A DNA stretch of 64,000 nt from an uncultured delta proteobacterium (GTDB taxonomy: Bacteria > Myxococcota_A > UBA9160 > SMWR01). Below the pieces are notes generated by a model that did not search any database, was not told the DNA's origin, and saw only the letters and a list, made by a program, of their open reading frames with translations. Of the stretch, positions 1 through 9,485 are shown one piece after another (the first letter of the stretch is position 1; each line of letters opens with the position of its first letter). The stretch covers positions 704,001 through 768,000 of the forward strand of contig CAWHTE010000003.1 of NCBI GenBank assembly GCA_963832165.1. The letters are read 5' to 3'. The translations under genes and the position numbers were made by a program.

Positions 1-43
1 ACACGGGTGCCTTCATGCAGGCTCGTTGACGCGAGAAGCGCGG

Positions 44-1303
44 ATGTCATTTGGCGAGTCGCCGTTCGACCAGGAGCTGAAGGAAGCCTGGGTTCGATTC
101 TGCGATCGGCTGAAGGCGGCCGGAGATCGCGTGTTCAAGGACGTGAACCCCGCGAGCGCGCTTCAGCGCGTCGACGGCTTCCGCTATCTGACGCAGAACC
201 TCAGCCAGGCGTTCGACCTCGCGCTCGAGACGAAGGATCCGAAGTTTCCCGCGCTGCACGCGTTCTGCTCGCCCACGCGCAAGCTCGGCTCGGACAACGC
301 CGACTGCATCTACCTCCAGGCGTGGATCGACGGGGAGTCGGTCTACAAGATCAGCGGAAGGAATGGCACCGCGCGCATGTCGAACATCGCGGTCCAGGGA
401 GCGCGGTCCGCGATCGCCTACGGCACCGCGACGGCCCGGCCGCTGCACGAGCCGTTCGGCGACACCCCCGAAGCGAACCTGTTCGGCCACGATCTCGAGA
501 CGAACGGCGACGGCTCGTTCGAGCTCTACATCGGCGGCGAGCGACGCGGGCAGAACTGGCTCCCGACGACCAAGGACAGTCGCAAGCTCTTCCTGCGCCA
601 GTACTTCGACCGATGGGACGAGGAGGCCGCCGAATACCGGATCGAGCGGGTCGGGATGGCCGAGCCGCGCCCGGTTCCCACGGTCGACCAGATGATCGAC
701 GCGATGAAGTGGGCGGGGGACTTCGTCTACGACGTGGTCGACTTCTGGCCGGAGTGGCTCTGGGAACCCGGCGATCAGATCGACCCTGCGGCGATCAACC
801 AGTTCCGAGGCAAGAACATCGCGAGCGACAAGCCCTGGTCGCCGGAGACCGAGGCGATGGACCAGCGCCGCGGCCGTCTGATCACGATGATGCGCTGGGC
901 GTTAGGCGAAGACGAGGCGTTGATCGTCGAGTTCGACGCCTACGACGGCTTCTGGATGATCACGAGCGAGGCGATCTTCGGCAACAGCATGGACTACGTC
1001 TACCGGCCCGTGAGCTACACGCCGAGCCGGACCGCGGTCGACTCCGACGGCGTGATCCGCTTCGTGCTGACGAAGGATGATCCGGGCTTCTCGAACTGGA
1101 TCGACAACCAGGGATATGCGGCGGGCGTACTCACGTTCCGCAACGTGCACTCGCGGCACGTGCCCGCGCTGCGCACGAAGGTGGCCCCGGCGAGCGAAGT
1201 CGCCCGTCATCTGCCGGTGGAAAGCCGGCGATCGTCACGCGACGATCGCGTCGCCGAGCTGCGAGCGCGGTTCGAAGCGATCCGCCGGCGCTACCGGATC
1301 TGA
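44..1303 (+). CDS. DUF1214-type protein of the kind found beside sulfotransferases
   Basis: ORF 26..1303, ATG at 44 preferred. Motifs GSDNADCIY, DGSFELYIGG, NWLP, RQYFDRW and DPGFSNWID are typical of this family. Confidence 0.7.
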   Translation: MSFGESPFDQELKEAWVRFCDRLKAAGDRVFKDVNPASALQRVDGFRYLTQNLSQAFDLALETKDPKFPALHAFCSPTRKLGSDNADCIYLQAWIDGESVYKISGRNGTARMSNIAVQGARSAIAYGTATARPLHEPFGDTPEANLFGHDLETNGDGSFELYIGGERRGQNWLPTTKDSRKLFLRQYFDRWDEEAAEYRIERVGMAEPRPVPTVDQMIDAMKWAGDFVYDVVDFWPEWLWEPGDQIDPAAINQFRGKNIASDKPWSPETEAMDQRRGRLITMMRWALGEDEALIVEFDAYDGFWMITSEAIFGNSMDYVYRPVSYTPSRTAVDSDGVIRFVLTKDDPGFSNWIDNQGYAAGVLTFRNVHSRHVPALRTKVAPASEVARHLPVESRRSSRDDRVAELRARFEAIRRRYRI

Positions 1304-1313
1304 GGAATCGCGC

Positions 1314-2471
1314 TCAGGTCGAGAGCCCGTAGAACCGGACCGCGTTCTCCCCGAGGATCTTGCGCTGGGTCGATTCGGGCAGCCCCGCGATCTTCTCGCG
1401 GATCTGGCCCACGACGTTGAACGACGCGTCGAGGTGCGGATAGTCCGACGCCCAGATCACGTAGTCTTCTCCGAGGTGCAAGGCCACCGCCGCCGTGATC
1501 GACTCGTCGGGCTCGGCGGAGATCAGGCACTGGCGCTTGAAGTACTCCGAGGGCAGGAGCTTCATCGGCGTGAACGCGTGCATGACCTCGGTCTTGTGGT
1601 CCATGCGGTCGAGCCAGGCCGTGATCCAGTTCGAGCCCGCCTCGAGCACCGCGAGACGCAGGCCCGGGTACTTCTCGAACATGCCGCGCGTCATCATCGA
1701 GGTGAAGGCCGCCATCACGTCGAGCGCGAGGAATGTGAACGAGAACACGACCGCGCCGCCGATGCCCCGGGGATCTCCTCCGCGCAGGAAGCCTTCGAGC
1801 ATGCTCGTATGGCGCGCGACGACGTGGAAGGCGATGGGCATGTCGAGGTCCTGCACCGTCTCCCAGAACGGCACGAGATCGCGGTCGTCGAACTGGCGTC
1901 CATCGCGCGACTCGGGATCGGGCGAGAGATAGACGCCTGCACAACCGTCCTTGCGCGCGCGCTTCACTTCCTCGACGGCCCCTTCCGGGTCCTTCAGGCA
2001 GATGTGCGCAATCGGAACGAGGCGCTTGCGATCGTGGCTGCAGAAGTCGACGATCCAGCGGTTGTAGGCGCGGCTGTACGCCGTTGCGAGCTGCGGGTTC
2101 GTGACGAGTCCCTCCCACGCGATGCCGATCGTGGGATAGAGCAGCGCGATGTCGATCTTCTCGTCGTCCATTACCGAGAGGCGCGCCGCCGGGTCGTAGC
2201 CGCCGGGCGGGCAGCCATCCTCGTAGCTGCGCGAGCCCACGGTCATCAGATCGGTCGAGTCCATCTCGATTCCACCCAGCGCGCCGAGCGTCCCGCGCAG
2301 GGCGGGGTGGACCTTGTTCTCGACGAGCAGGCACTCGACGCCCTCCTGGTCTTTCTCGATGCGGATCGCGTCGGCGCGATGCTTCGGCTCGAGATACTTC
2401 TGCCAGGTGTCGCGGGGTTCGAGGACGTGGCCGTCGGCATCGACGGTCAAAAAGGCTTGATTGGCGGCCAT
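1314..2471 (-). CDS. Amidohydrolase family protein (Amidohydro_2, decarboxylase/hydratase-like)
   Basis: Real part of ORF 1314..3320 starts MAANQAFLTVDADGHVLEP. Motifs RAYNRW, FHV, LEAG and WASDYPH. Confidence 0.9.
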   Translation of the reverse strand: MAANQAFLTVDADGHVLEPRDTWQKYLEPKHRADAIRIEKDQEGVECLLVENKVHPALRGTLGALGGIEMDSTDLMTVGSRSYEDGCPPGGYDPAARLSVMDDEKIDIALLYPTIGIAWEGLVTNPQLATAYSRAYNRWIVDFCSHDRKRLVPIAHICLKDPEGAVEEVKRARKDGCAGVYLSPDPESRDGRQFDDRDLVPFWETVQDLDMPIAFHVVARHTSMLEGFLRGGDPRGIGGAVVFSFTFLALDVMAAFTSMMTRGMFEKYPGLRLAVLEAGSNWITAWLDRMDHKTEVMHAFTPMKLLPSEYFKRQCLISAEPDESITAAVALHLGEDYVIWASDYPHLDASFNVVGQIREKIAGLPESTQRKILGENAVRFYGLST

Positions 2472-2536
2472 GATCGGACTCCCTTCGGACGTGCCAGCGC
2501 AAGCTAGCGTAGATTCTCGGATGGAAGCCGGGACGG

Positions 2537-3349
2537 TCAAACGCCGAGCGACTGAAGCAGCTCGCCGAGATTCGAAGCGGCGCGGCGCGTCGCGTCGACG
2601 CGGCCTTCGGCGTCGATGCGCGGCCCGATCAGCTCGAGGTCGAAGGCGCCGGCATAGCCGGCCGCGAGCGCCCACTCGAGGATCCGCCGAAGCGGGATGC
2701 TCCCGTCGCCGGGAACGGCCCGCGCGGGCAGGGAGCGATCGCCGTAGACGTAATCGGCGACCTGAACCAGCCCGCAGCGCGGCATCACGCGCTCGATCGT
2801 CTGCTCGAGGCCCGCTTCGGTCCAGCACGAGAAGGTGTCGATGCAGACACCGATCCCCGCCATCTCGGCGAGCGTCAGCGCGTCGCGCACGGTGTGGGCG
2901 AGATGCAGGTCGGCGTAGAGCGCCGGCGTCGCCTCCACCGTCAGCTTGATGCCTGCTTCGTTCGCGCGAGCGACGCAGGGCGCGAGCGCTGCGCTGAAGC
3001 TCTCCGCCGCCTGCTCCCAGGTCAAGTTGCCGTGTCCTCCCGTCATCAGGTTGATCGATCGCCCTCCGAGCTCCTCCACGGAGTCGATCACGCGCGACAG
3101 CTTCTCTCGCTCTTCGCGCCACGATTCCGCGTGCGCATTCGCGTGGCGACCCGCCCAGAAGAGATGGGTCATGCTCTCGAACTGATAGGCGCCCGCGTCG
3201 ATGATCTGGCGCGGCAGCGATAGATCGCCGCCGAGCAGCGAGCTCATGAAGCTGATGCGGCGCGGTGCGAGTGCGCGCCAGTGCTCCGCCATCTCCGAGA
3301 GGCCGGCTCCCGGAAAGCACAGCGCGTTCACCGATATCCGATCATGCAT
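2537..3349 (-). CDS. Sugar phosphate isomerase/epimerase (xylose isomerase-like TIM barrel)
   Basis: Metal-site motifs VEA, IDTF, QVAD, PGDG and LELIG. Confidence 0.8.
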   Translation of the reverse strand: MHDRISVNALCFPGAGLSEMAEHWRALAPRRISFMSSLLGGDLSLPRQIIDAGAYQFESMTHLFWAGRHANAHAESWREEREKLSRVIDSVEELGGRSINLMTGGHGNLTWEQAAESFSAALAPCVARANEAGIKLTVEATPALYADLHLAHTVRDALTLAEMAGIGVCIDTFSCWTEAGLEQTIERVMPRCGLVQVADYVYGDRSLPARAVPGDGSIPLRRILEWALAAGYAGAFDLELIGPRIDAEGRVDATRRAASNLGELLQSLGV

Positions 3350-3362
3350 CCGTCCCGCCCTA

Positions 3363-4526
3363 CTATGTACGTTGCTCGATGTCGAGGCCGAAGCGCTCGC
3401 GGTATGGCGCGAACTCGGCGTTCAGGACTTGGAGATCCTCACCGATCACGTCCGTCGAATACTCGAACCTGCCATAGCGGTCGCTCCTGTTGTCGCGCAG
3501 GTAGGTGCGCATGGCGGCTTCGGCCTCGCGCGTGAGGGTCACGTCGCATTTGTCGTAGAACGCGCGGATCGCCGCCGCGGGGTCGGCGACGAGATCGGGA
3601 TAGCGGACGTGGTGGATCCGCGGATCGTCGAGGAAGGGACTGTTCAGTGCGGCCTCGAAGCTCGCGCGCGAGAGCGCGAGGTACTGCGACGCGACCTCCT
3701 TCCAATCGACGCGGCCGACGAGGCCCTCCTCGATCTCCGCGACGAGCACGATGCGCGAGGCGATCACGGGTACCGGGTCGCGGTGCGTCCAGAGGATCCG
3801 CGCGTCCGGATAGGCTTCGAAGAGCGCGGACAGCCGGCTGCTGTGGAAACCCTTGAGCACCCAGGTCCGCTTCGGCCGCGCGTACTGGCAGTGCTGCAAC
3901 ATCATCTTGTGCAGGCGGTACTGCGCGCGCGGATCGGCCGGCAGCCCGCTCATGCGGATGTTCATCGGCACGCGCCACCAGGCCGTGGGCGTCATCACGC
4001 GGAAATCGAACGCCCACGTGCGCTCGCATTCGGGGAGGCCGTCGCCGAGCATGTCGTTGTAGGGATGGCTGATCAGCCACTTGGGGATCACGCGCAGGAT
4101 CTCGCGCCAATCTTCGTCGGCGCGCGCACGCCTCGGATCGTCCGGTCCCGCGAGTCCCGGTGGCGGGGAGGGGTACATCAGCTCCCAGAAACGCAGCGCG
4201 CGCGCGTTCGGATCGACGGACAGGAGCGCGTGCAGGAGCGTGGTTCCGGAACGGGGCTCACCCGTCGCGAAGAGCGGCCGCTCGATCACTTCGTCGCCGA
4301 TCGCAGCGCGCTTGCGGTCCTCGAAGAAACGCAGCCTGGACGTGAGCAGCCAGTGGCAGACGGATGCGGCTGCGCGCTGGCCCACTGGTTCGAGGCCCGC
4401 GTCCCGGATCACCGCGACCGCAAGCGCGAAGCGCTCGGGAAGCGTGTCGTCGCCGTAGTCGCGCAAGCCCGTCTCGGCTTCGGCCGCCGCGAGCAGCGCG
4501 TCGGGATCGAGGAACGGCCTGCTCAC
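3363..4526 (-). CDS. Sulfotransferase family protein
   Basis: GTG at 4526 overlaps the upstream stop (GTGA). PAPS motifs TGEPRSGTT and WTHRDP, plus WVLKG. Confidence 0.88.
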   Translation of the reverse strand: MSRPFLDPDALLAAAEAETGLRDYGDDTLPERFALAVAVIRDAGLEPVGQRAAASVCHWLLTSRLRFFEDRKRAAIGDEVIERPLFATGEPRSGTTLLHALLSVDPNARALRFWELMYPSPPPGLAGPDDPRRARADEDWREILRVIPKWLISHPYNDMLGDGLPECERTWAFDFRVMTPTAWWRVPMNIRMSGLPADPRAQYRLHKMMLQHCQYARPKRTWVLKGFHSSRLSALFEAYPDARILWTHRDPVPVIASRIVLVAEIEEGLVGRVDWKEVASQYLALSRASFEAALNSPFLDDPRIHHVRYPDLVADPAAAIRAFYDKCDVTLTREAEAAMRTYLRDNRSDRYGRFEYSTDVIGEDLQVLNAEFAPYRERFGLDIEQRT

Positions 4527-5647
4527 GCGCGGGTCCCCGCAATGCGGATCAGCTCGTCTTCGGCTTCGCGAACCTTCAACGCCGAACGCGCGGCGAATTC
4601 GAGTCCGGCCATGCCGCCGTAGTCGAGGATCTTCGGAACGCGCACGCCGGCATCGAGATAACCCGCGACGATGCGGGCGATCTGCTTCGGCGATCCGTGC
4701 GGCAACACGGCGAGCAGCGCTTCGGGCTCGACCTTCCCGAGCAGGTCGACCATCCGCTCGCGCGTGAGCGTTCGGGGGTTGATGTCGTGCATGCCCTTCC
4801 AATCGTCGCCGAGCGGGTGCGCGAACCCGCAGCGCCGCATGAAGTCGCCGCGGACCTGAAGGACGTAGCTCTTCACGAGCGGCGCCTGGACCATCTGCGC
4901 GAGCTCGGCGTCGTCGCCGATCAGGCAGATCACGAAGCACGCCGGCGTGATGGCCATCGGGTCGCGGCCCGCGCGCTCTGCCGATCCGCGCACGACCGCG
5001 AGCTTGGCCGCATAATCCTCGGGCGTCACGGAGCCGACGGGCCACCAGCCCTCCGCGTAGCGGCCGGTCAGCTCGAGCATGCGCGGCCCACCGCCTCCGA
5101 TCCAGATCTTCGGAAGACGCCCTTCGAACGGCTCGGTGTCCAGGCGCGCATGATGCAGCCGGTAGAAGCGGCCCTCGAAGTCGACGGGCCCGCGGCTCTC
5201 CCAGAGGAGCCGGATCACGCGTAGCGACTCCTCGAAGCGGCTGACCGGTGCGCCGAAGTCGAAGCCGTAGGGCGCGGTGTTCTCGAGCTCGCCGCTGCCC
5301 AGTCCCAGGATGAAGCGCCCCTTCGAGAGGTGGTCGATCGTGAGCGCAGTCTGCGCGAGCGAGGCCGGGTGTCGCCGCACGGTGTCGACGACGCTGGTCG
5401 CGATCGGAACGCGTCGGGTGAGGACCGCGACCGCAGCGGCTACGGCGAGGCTGTCGAGATAGCGATGGGGCGATGGCGATACCGTCGCGAGGTCGGTGAA
5501 CTCGGGCGTCCAGATCGAGTCGGGCCAGAAGCTCACCATGTGGTCCGGAAGCCAGACCGAGTGATAGCGACCGCTGTCGAGCTCCTCGAGCTGGGAGAGA
5601 TCGAGCGGCAGGGTCGTGCGGAGAAAGGCGCCGGGCTTCAGCGTCAT
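4523..5647 (-). CDS. LLM-class flavin/F420-dependent oxidoreductase (resembles the phthiodiolone ketoreductase Rv2951c type)
   Basis: Motifs WLPDH, RRHPASLAQTALTIDHLSKGRFILGLGSGELEN and GGGGPRML. Confidence 0.85.
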   Translation of the reverse strand: MTLKPGAFLRTTLPLDLSQLEELDSGRYHSVWLPDHMVSFWPDSIWTPEFTDLATVSPSPHRYLDSLAVAAAVAVLTRRVPIATSVVDTVRRHPASLAQTALTIDHLSKGRFILGLGSGELENTAPYGFDFGAPVSRFEESLRVIRLLWESRGPVDFEGRFYRLHHARLDTEPFEGRLPKIWIGGGGPRMLELTGRYAEGWWPVGSVTPEDYAAKLAVVRGSAERAGRDPMAITPACFVICLIGDDAELAQMVQAPLVKSYVLQVRGDFMRRCGFAHPLGDDWKGMHDINPRTLTRERMVDLLGKVEPEALLAVLPHGSPKQIARIVAGYLDAGVRVPKILDYGGMAGLEFAARSALKVREAEDELIRIAGTRA

Positions 5648-5654
5648 CTCGCTC

Positions 5655-6083
5655 CTACACTCGCCGGAACTTCACCAACGTGATGTCCTCACTCACGGGC
5701 ACGAAGACGGCCTCGACCGGCATGCTCGCGCGGATCTCGGCAGGCGGGCAGTCGAGCACCTGGCTCTGGAAGTGCACGCCCTCGTCGAGCAGTACGTCGA
5801 CGACGTTGTAGGGCAGCTGATCCTGAAACGCCGGCAGCGTGGGTCCGTGCACGATCGTCCACGTGTAGACCACGCCGCGTCCGCGGGACAGCTCCCACGT
5901 GTAGCTCGTCGACTGGCACGACGGGCAGATCGGCCGCGGATAGTGGCGGAAGGTTCCGCAGTCGGAGCAGCGCTGGAACCGGAGCTCGCCACGGCGCGCA
6001 GCTTCGTAGAAGGGAGCATTGTCGAGACCCGGCTGCGGCAGCGGGAGATTGCGCGTGATCACCGATTCGCGCAGGTCGCTCAC
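5655..6083 (-). CDS. DUF35 Zn-ribbon/OB-fold protein (ChsH2 C-terminal-like)
   Basis: CSDC..CPSC zinc ribbon, SRGRGVVYTWT and PYNVVDVLLDEG. Start overlaps the thiolase stop. Confidence 0.9.
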   Translation of the reverse strand: MSDLRESVITRNLPLPQPGLDNAPFYEAARRGELRFQRCSDCGTFRHYPRPICPSCQSTSYTWELSRGRGVVYTWTIVHGPTLPAFQDQLPYNVVDVLLDEGVHFQSQVLDCPPAEIRASMPVEAVFVPVSEDITLVKFRRV

Positions 6084-7267
6084 GCGTCCCTCCGCAGGAT
6101 TGCGGCGCCGGTGGGGTCCGTGCTGGCGCCCGCGATCAGCACGAGCTCGCAGTCGGGGACCTGCGACGTGGAGGTGCCGCGGATCTGTCGCACGGCTTCG
6201 AGGTTGTTGTTCATCCCATGGATGAAGGCCTCCGAGAGCTGACCTCCGTTCGTGCTGGTCGGAAGGCGCCCGCCCTCGAAGTAGAGACCCTGATCCTCGA
6301 CGAACGGTCCGCCCTCGCCGCGCTTGCAGAAGCCGTAGTCCTCGAGCGCGATGATCACGAACGAGGTGAAGAAGTCGTAGCAGAAGAATGCGTCGATCTC
6401 GGACGGACGCAGGCCCGAGCCCTCCCAGAGCTGGCGCCCCACGCGTGCCGCGCTGTCGTCGTCACGGTCGCGTCCGAACAGCGTCGAGAGCCGGATGTGA
6501 TGCGAGCCCGCGTTGAGTGCGCCCGCGTGGATCAATGCGGGCGGCTGGCGCAGGTCGCGCGCGCGCTCGCGCGAGGACACGATCAGCGCGCAGGCGCCGT
6601 CCGTCTCGATGTTGCAATCGAACAGGCGCAGCGGTTCGGCGATCATGCGCGAGCCGTGGTGGTCGGCGATCGTCATCGGCATGCGCATCACCGCGTTCGG
6701 GTTGCGCATCGCGTGGCGTCGCGTCGCGACGGCGACCTCGGCGAACTGCTCCTGGGTGGTGCCGTACTCGATCATGTGGCGGCGCGTGATCATCGCCATC
6801 TCCTGGAATGCGGAGACGAGCCCGTGCGGCACGTGCCACTGGTTGAGATCGGGCAGGCGATCCGGGATGCGCTCCCAGTAGCGGCCGCCGAGCACGGCGT
6901 CCTTCCCAAAGACCGAGTTCTTTCCGCGCGCGCGCGAGCGGAACACGAGCACGTGGTTCGCCATGCCCATCGCGATCGCGAGGGCCGCATGCACGAGCAC
7001 GGACACCGACCCGCCGCCGCCCCAGCTCGTGCTCGCCTGGTAGCGCAGCCCGGGACCCACGATCGAGAGCAGCTGCTCTTCGTCGGTGGTCTCCATGTCG
7101 TAGCGCACCACGCCGTCGATCTCGCGCGGCGCGATGCCGGCGTCGTCGCAGGCAGCGAGGATCGCCTCGCTGGCCATGTCGTACTCGGAGCGGCCGAGGC
7201 CTTTGGAGAACGGGGTCTGGCCGATACCGACGATCGCCGCGTGGTCGCGCAGCTGGTTCGAGCTCAT
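6080..7267 (-). CDS. Thiolase-fold lipid-transfer protein, Ltp2-like (probable aldolase)
   Basis: AIVGIGQT, no nucleophilic Cys (WGGGGSV), PLRLFDCNIETDGA, YDFFT and GGQLSEAFIHG. Confidence 0.85.
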   Translation of the reverse strand: MSSNQLRDHAAIVGIGQTPFSKGLGRSEYDMASEAILAACDDAGIAPREIDGVVRYDMETTDEEQLLSIVGPGLRYQASTSWGGGGSVSVLVHAALAIAMGMANHVLVFRSRARGKNSVFGKDAVLGGRYWERIPDRLPDLNQWHVPHGLVSAFQEMAMITRRHMIEYGTTQEQFAEVAVATRRHAMRNPNAVMRMPMTIADHHGSRMIAEPLRLFDCNIETDGACALIVSSRERARDLRQPPALIHAGALNAGSHHIRLSTLFGRDRDDDSAARVGRQLWEGSGLRPSEIDAFFCYDFFTSFVIIALEDYGFCKRGEGGPFVEDQGLYFEGGRLPTSTNGGQLSEAFIHGMNNNLEAVRQIRGTSTSQVPDCELVLIAGASTDPTGAAILRRDA

Positions 7268-7364
7268 CGATCCTCGCGAACGGGAAACAACATTGAGGCT
7301 CGTGTCGAAATCTCATAGCGTATTCGACGGCAGCAGAGCCACCGTTCGCACAGGAGGCACGATC

Positions 7365-8411
7365 GTGACCGCAGCAGCACGCACGCTGGACGAGCTCGCG
7401 TTCTACACGCTCGCGGGTCAGCCGGCTTCCTCGCGCGACCTCGTCGCCGAGGTCGTCGAAGCGGAGGCGCTCGGGCTCGGCACGGCGTTCATCTCCGAGC
7501 GGTACAACAAGAAGGAGGCCGCGACGCTCTCGGGTGCCGCGGGTGCGGTCAGCGATCGGATCACGATCGAGACCGCGGCGACCAATCACAACACGCGTCA
7601 CCCGCTGGTGACGGCCGGCTTCGCGCGCACGATGCAGAGTCTCACGGGCGGACGCTTCGTGCTCGGGCTGGGTCGAGGCGTTCCGCTGATGCAGGATGCC
7701 TTCGGCATCCCTCGCATCACGACCGCGCAGATCGAGGACTTCACGGGCCTCATGCGGCGCCTGTTCCGTGGCGAGGTGATCATCGGCCACAAAGGCCCCG
7801 CCGGATCGTGGCCGGTATTGCATCTCGACGCGACGCTTTCCGAGCATCTCCCGATGAGCCTCGTCGCGTTCGGACCGAACAGCCTCGCGCTCGGGGGGCG
7901 CTGCTTCGACGAGGTGGTGCTGCACACCTTCTTCACGGACGAGACCACGGCTCGCTGCGTCCAGGCCGTGAAGAGCGCGGCCGAGAAGGCGGGCCGCGAC
8001 CCCGCGTCGGTGAGGGTATGGTCGTGCTTCGCGACGGTCGGCGACCACATCCCCGAGGACAAGCGCCTCATGAAGATGGTCGGCCGGCTCGCCACCTATC
8101 TCCAGGGGTACGGCGAGCTGCTCGTGCGAACGAACGGTTGGGATCAGGGTGTCCTGAAGCGGATCCTGGCCGACCCGATCGTGTCGAGCGTGCGCGGTCT
8201 CGACATCGTGGGCACCGCGGAGCAGCTCGAGCACGTCGCCACGCTGATCCCGAAGGAGTGGCTCGCCTCGGCGGCCACCGGGAGCCCGGGTCAGTGCGTC
8301 GCCGCGATCCGAAACCAGTTCGCGCTCGGCTGCGACGGTGTCATCCTGCACGGAGCGACACCTGCCGAGCTGGCACCGATCGTTGCGGAGTACCGCCGCG
8401 CGGTCGGGTAG
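7365..8411 (+). CDS. LLM-class probable F420-dependent oxidoreductase (MSMEG_2249/TIGR03857-like)
   Basis: AGGAGG RBS upstream of GTG at 7365. Motifs FISERYNKKEA, ATNHNTRHP, VLHTFF and ILHGATP. Confidence 0.82.
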   Translation: MTAAARTLDELAFYTLAGQPASSRDLVAEVVEAEALGLGTAFISERYNKKEAATLSGAAGAVSDRITIETAATNHNTRHPLVTAGFARTMQSLTGGRFVLGLGRGVPLMQDAFGIPRITTAQIEDFTGLMRRLFRGEVIIGHKGPAGSWPVLHLDATLSEHLPMSLVAFGPNSLALGGRCFDEVVLHTFFTDETTARCVQAVKSAAEKAGRDPASVRVWSCFATVGDHIPEDKRLMKMVGRLATYLQGYGELLVRTNGWDQGVLKRILADPIVSSVRGLDIVGTAEQLEHVATLIPKEWLASAATGSPGQCVAAIRNQFALGCDGVILHGATPAELAPIVAEYRRAVG

Positions 8412-8441
8412 CGGAGCGACGCGCGCGAAAGGGAGGTAGCG

Positions 8442-9485
8442 ATGGTCGTCGATCTGACCGGTGGTCTCGACGAGGTCCGGGAATTCGTGTTCGCGAAGCA
8501 GCCGGGCGATCCCGCGATGCGCGAGTCGGTCAACCTCTGGATGTGGGACGACGCGGTCGGGTTCGGCATGCCTCGAATCGGAATCGAGGCGGTTGCCGAC
8601 CAGTGGGACACCCACGACGTCCAGTGCAACATCGCGCTGGGGGATGGCCGGCTGCTGCTGCTCTTCGAGCCCGGGAAGGTGCACGACCCGCTCGGAGCCG
8701 ACGGACGCGCGCGAGTGCTAGGCGCGGGTCCCTTGTCCTTCGAGCTGGTGGAGCCGTTCGTGCACTGGCGCATGCGACTCCGCGGCGGCATGGCGGTGGT
8801 CACGAGCGTGGAGGCACAGATCGACGGAAAGCGTCCCTCCGGCGACGAGCGGGTGCCGGTCGACATCGAAGTCGACCTGCGATCGGCCGTGCCGCCGTTC
8901 GAGAACGGCACGCTGCGAGCCGACGCCGCTCGGGTCCTCGCAGAACAGGAGGAGGGCGCGCTGATGGGAGGGCCGCGCTTCGAGCAGCTGTTCCGGGCGA
9001 GGGGAACGTTCACGGTGGACGGAAAGCAGCACCGGCTGAACGGTGGCGGCCTGCGCATCCGACGTCAGGGGATCCGCCGGATCGCGCGCTTCTGGGGTCA
9101 CGCGTGGCAATCCGCGGTGTTCCCGAGCGGCAAGGCGTTCGGCCACCTCGTGTATCCCCCTCGTGCCGACGGGAAGCCGACCTACAACGAGGGATACGTC
9201 TTCGACGGCGACGGCGCGTTGGTTCCCGCTCGCGTCGTGGAGGCGCCGTGGCTACGTCGCATGAAGGCGCGCGGCGAGGACGTGTCGGTCGTGCTCGAGA
9301 CCGAGCGGGGCAGGGTGCGGATCCACGGCGAGACGCAGCTGTCGGCCTTCCACGCGATTCCGGTGACGGAGAACGCGGACTTCCCGATCCTGCACCAATC
9401 GATCGTCCGGTACACGTGGGACGGTGAGACCGCGAACGGCATGCTCGAGCGCTCCTCGCTGCCGAGCCAGGTATCCCGCTCGTGA
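8442..9485 (+). CDS. Conserved hypothetical protein (beta-rich, two-domain)
   Basis: GGGAGG RBS. 347 aa with coding-like composition, stop overlaps next start. Motifs RESVNLW, GHAWQSAVF and GMLERS. Confidence 0.75.
   Translation: MVVDLTGGLDEVREFVFAKQPGDPAMRESVNLWMWDDAVGFGMPRIGIEAVADQWDTHDVQCNIALGDGRLLLLFEPGKVHDPLGADGRARVLGAGPLSFELVEPFVHWRMRLRGGMAVVTSVEAQIDGKRPSGDERVPVDIEVDLRSAVPPFENGTLRADAARVLAEQEEGALMGGPRFEQLFRARGTFTVDGKQHRLNGGGLRIRRQGIRRIARFWGHAWQSAVFPSGKAFGHLVYPPRADGKPTYNEGYVFDGDGALVPARVVEAPWLRRMKARGEDVSVVLETERGRVRIHGETQLSAFHAIPVTENADFPILHQSIVRYTWDGETANGMLERSSLPSQVSRS

Noticed and set aside
7297..7329. GTCGAA-N13-TTCGAC inverted repeat in the divergent gap as an operator
   Set aside because: TCGA-containing words are very common in this sequence and no second copy supports it.
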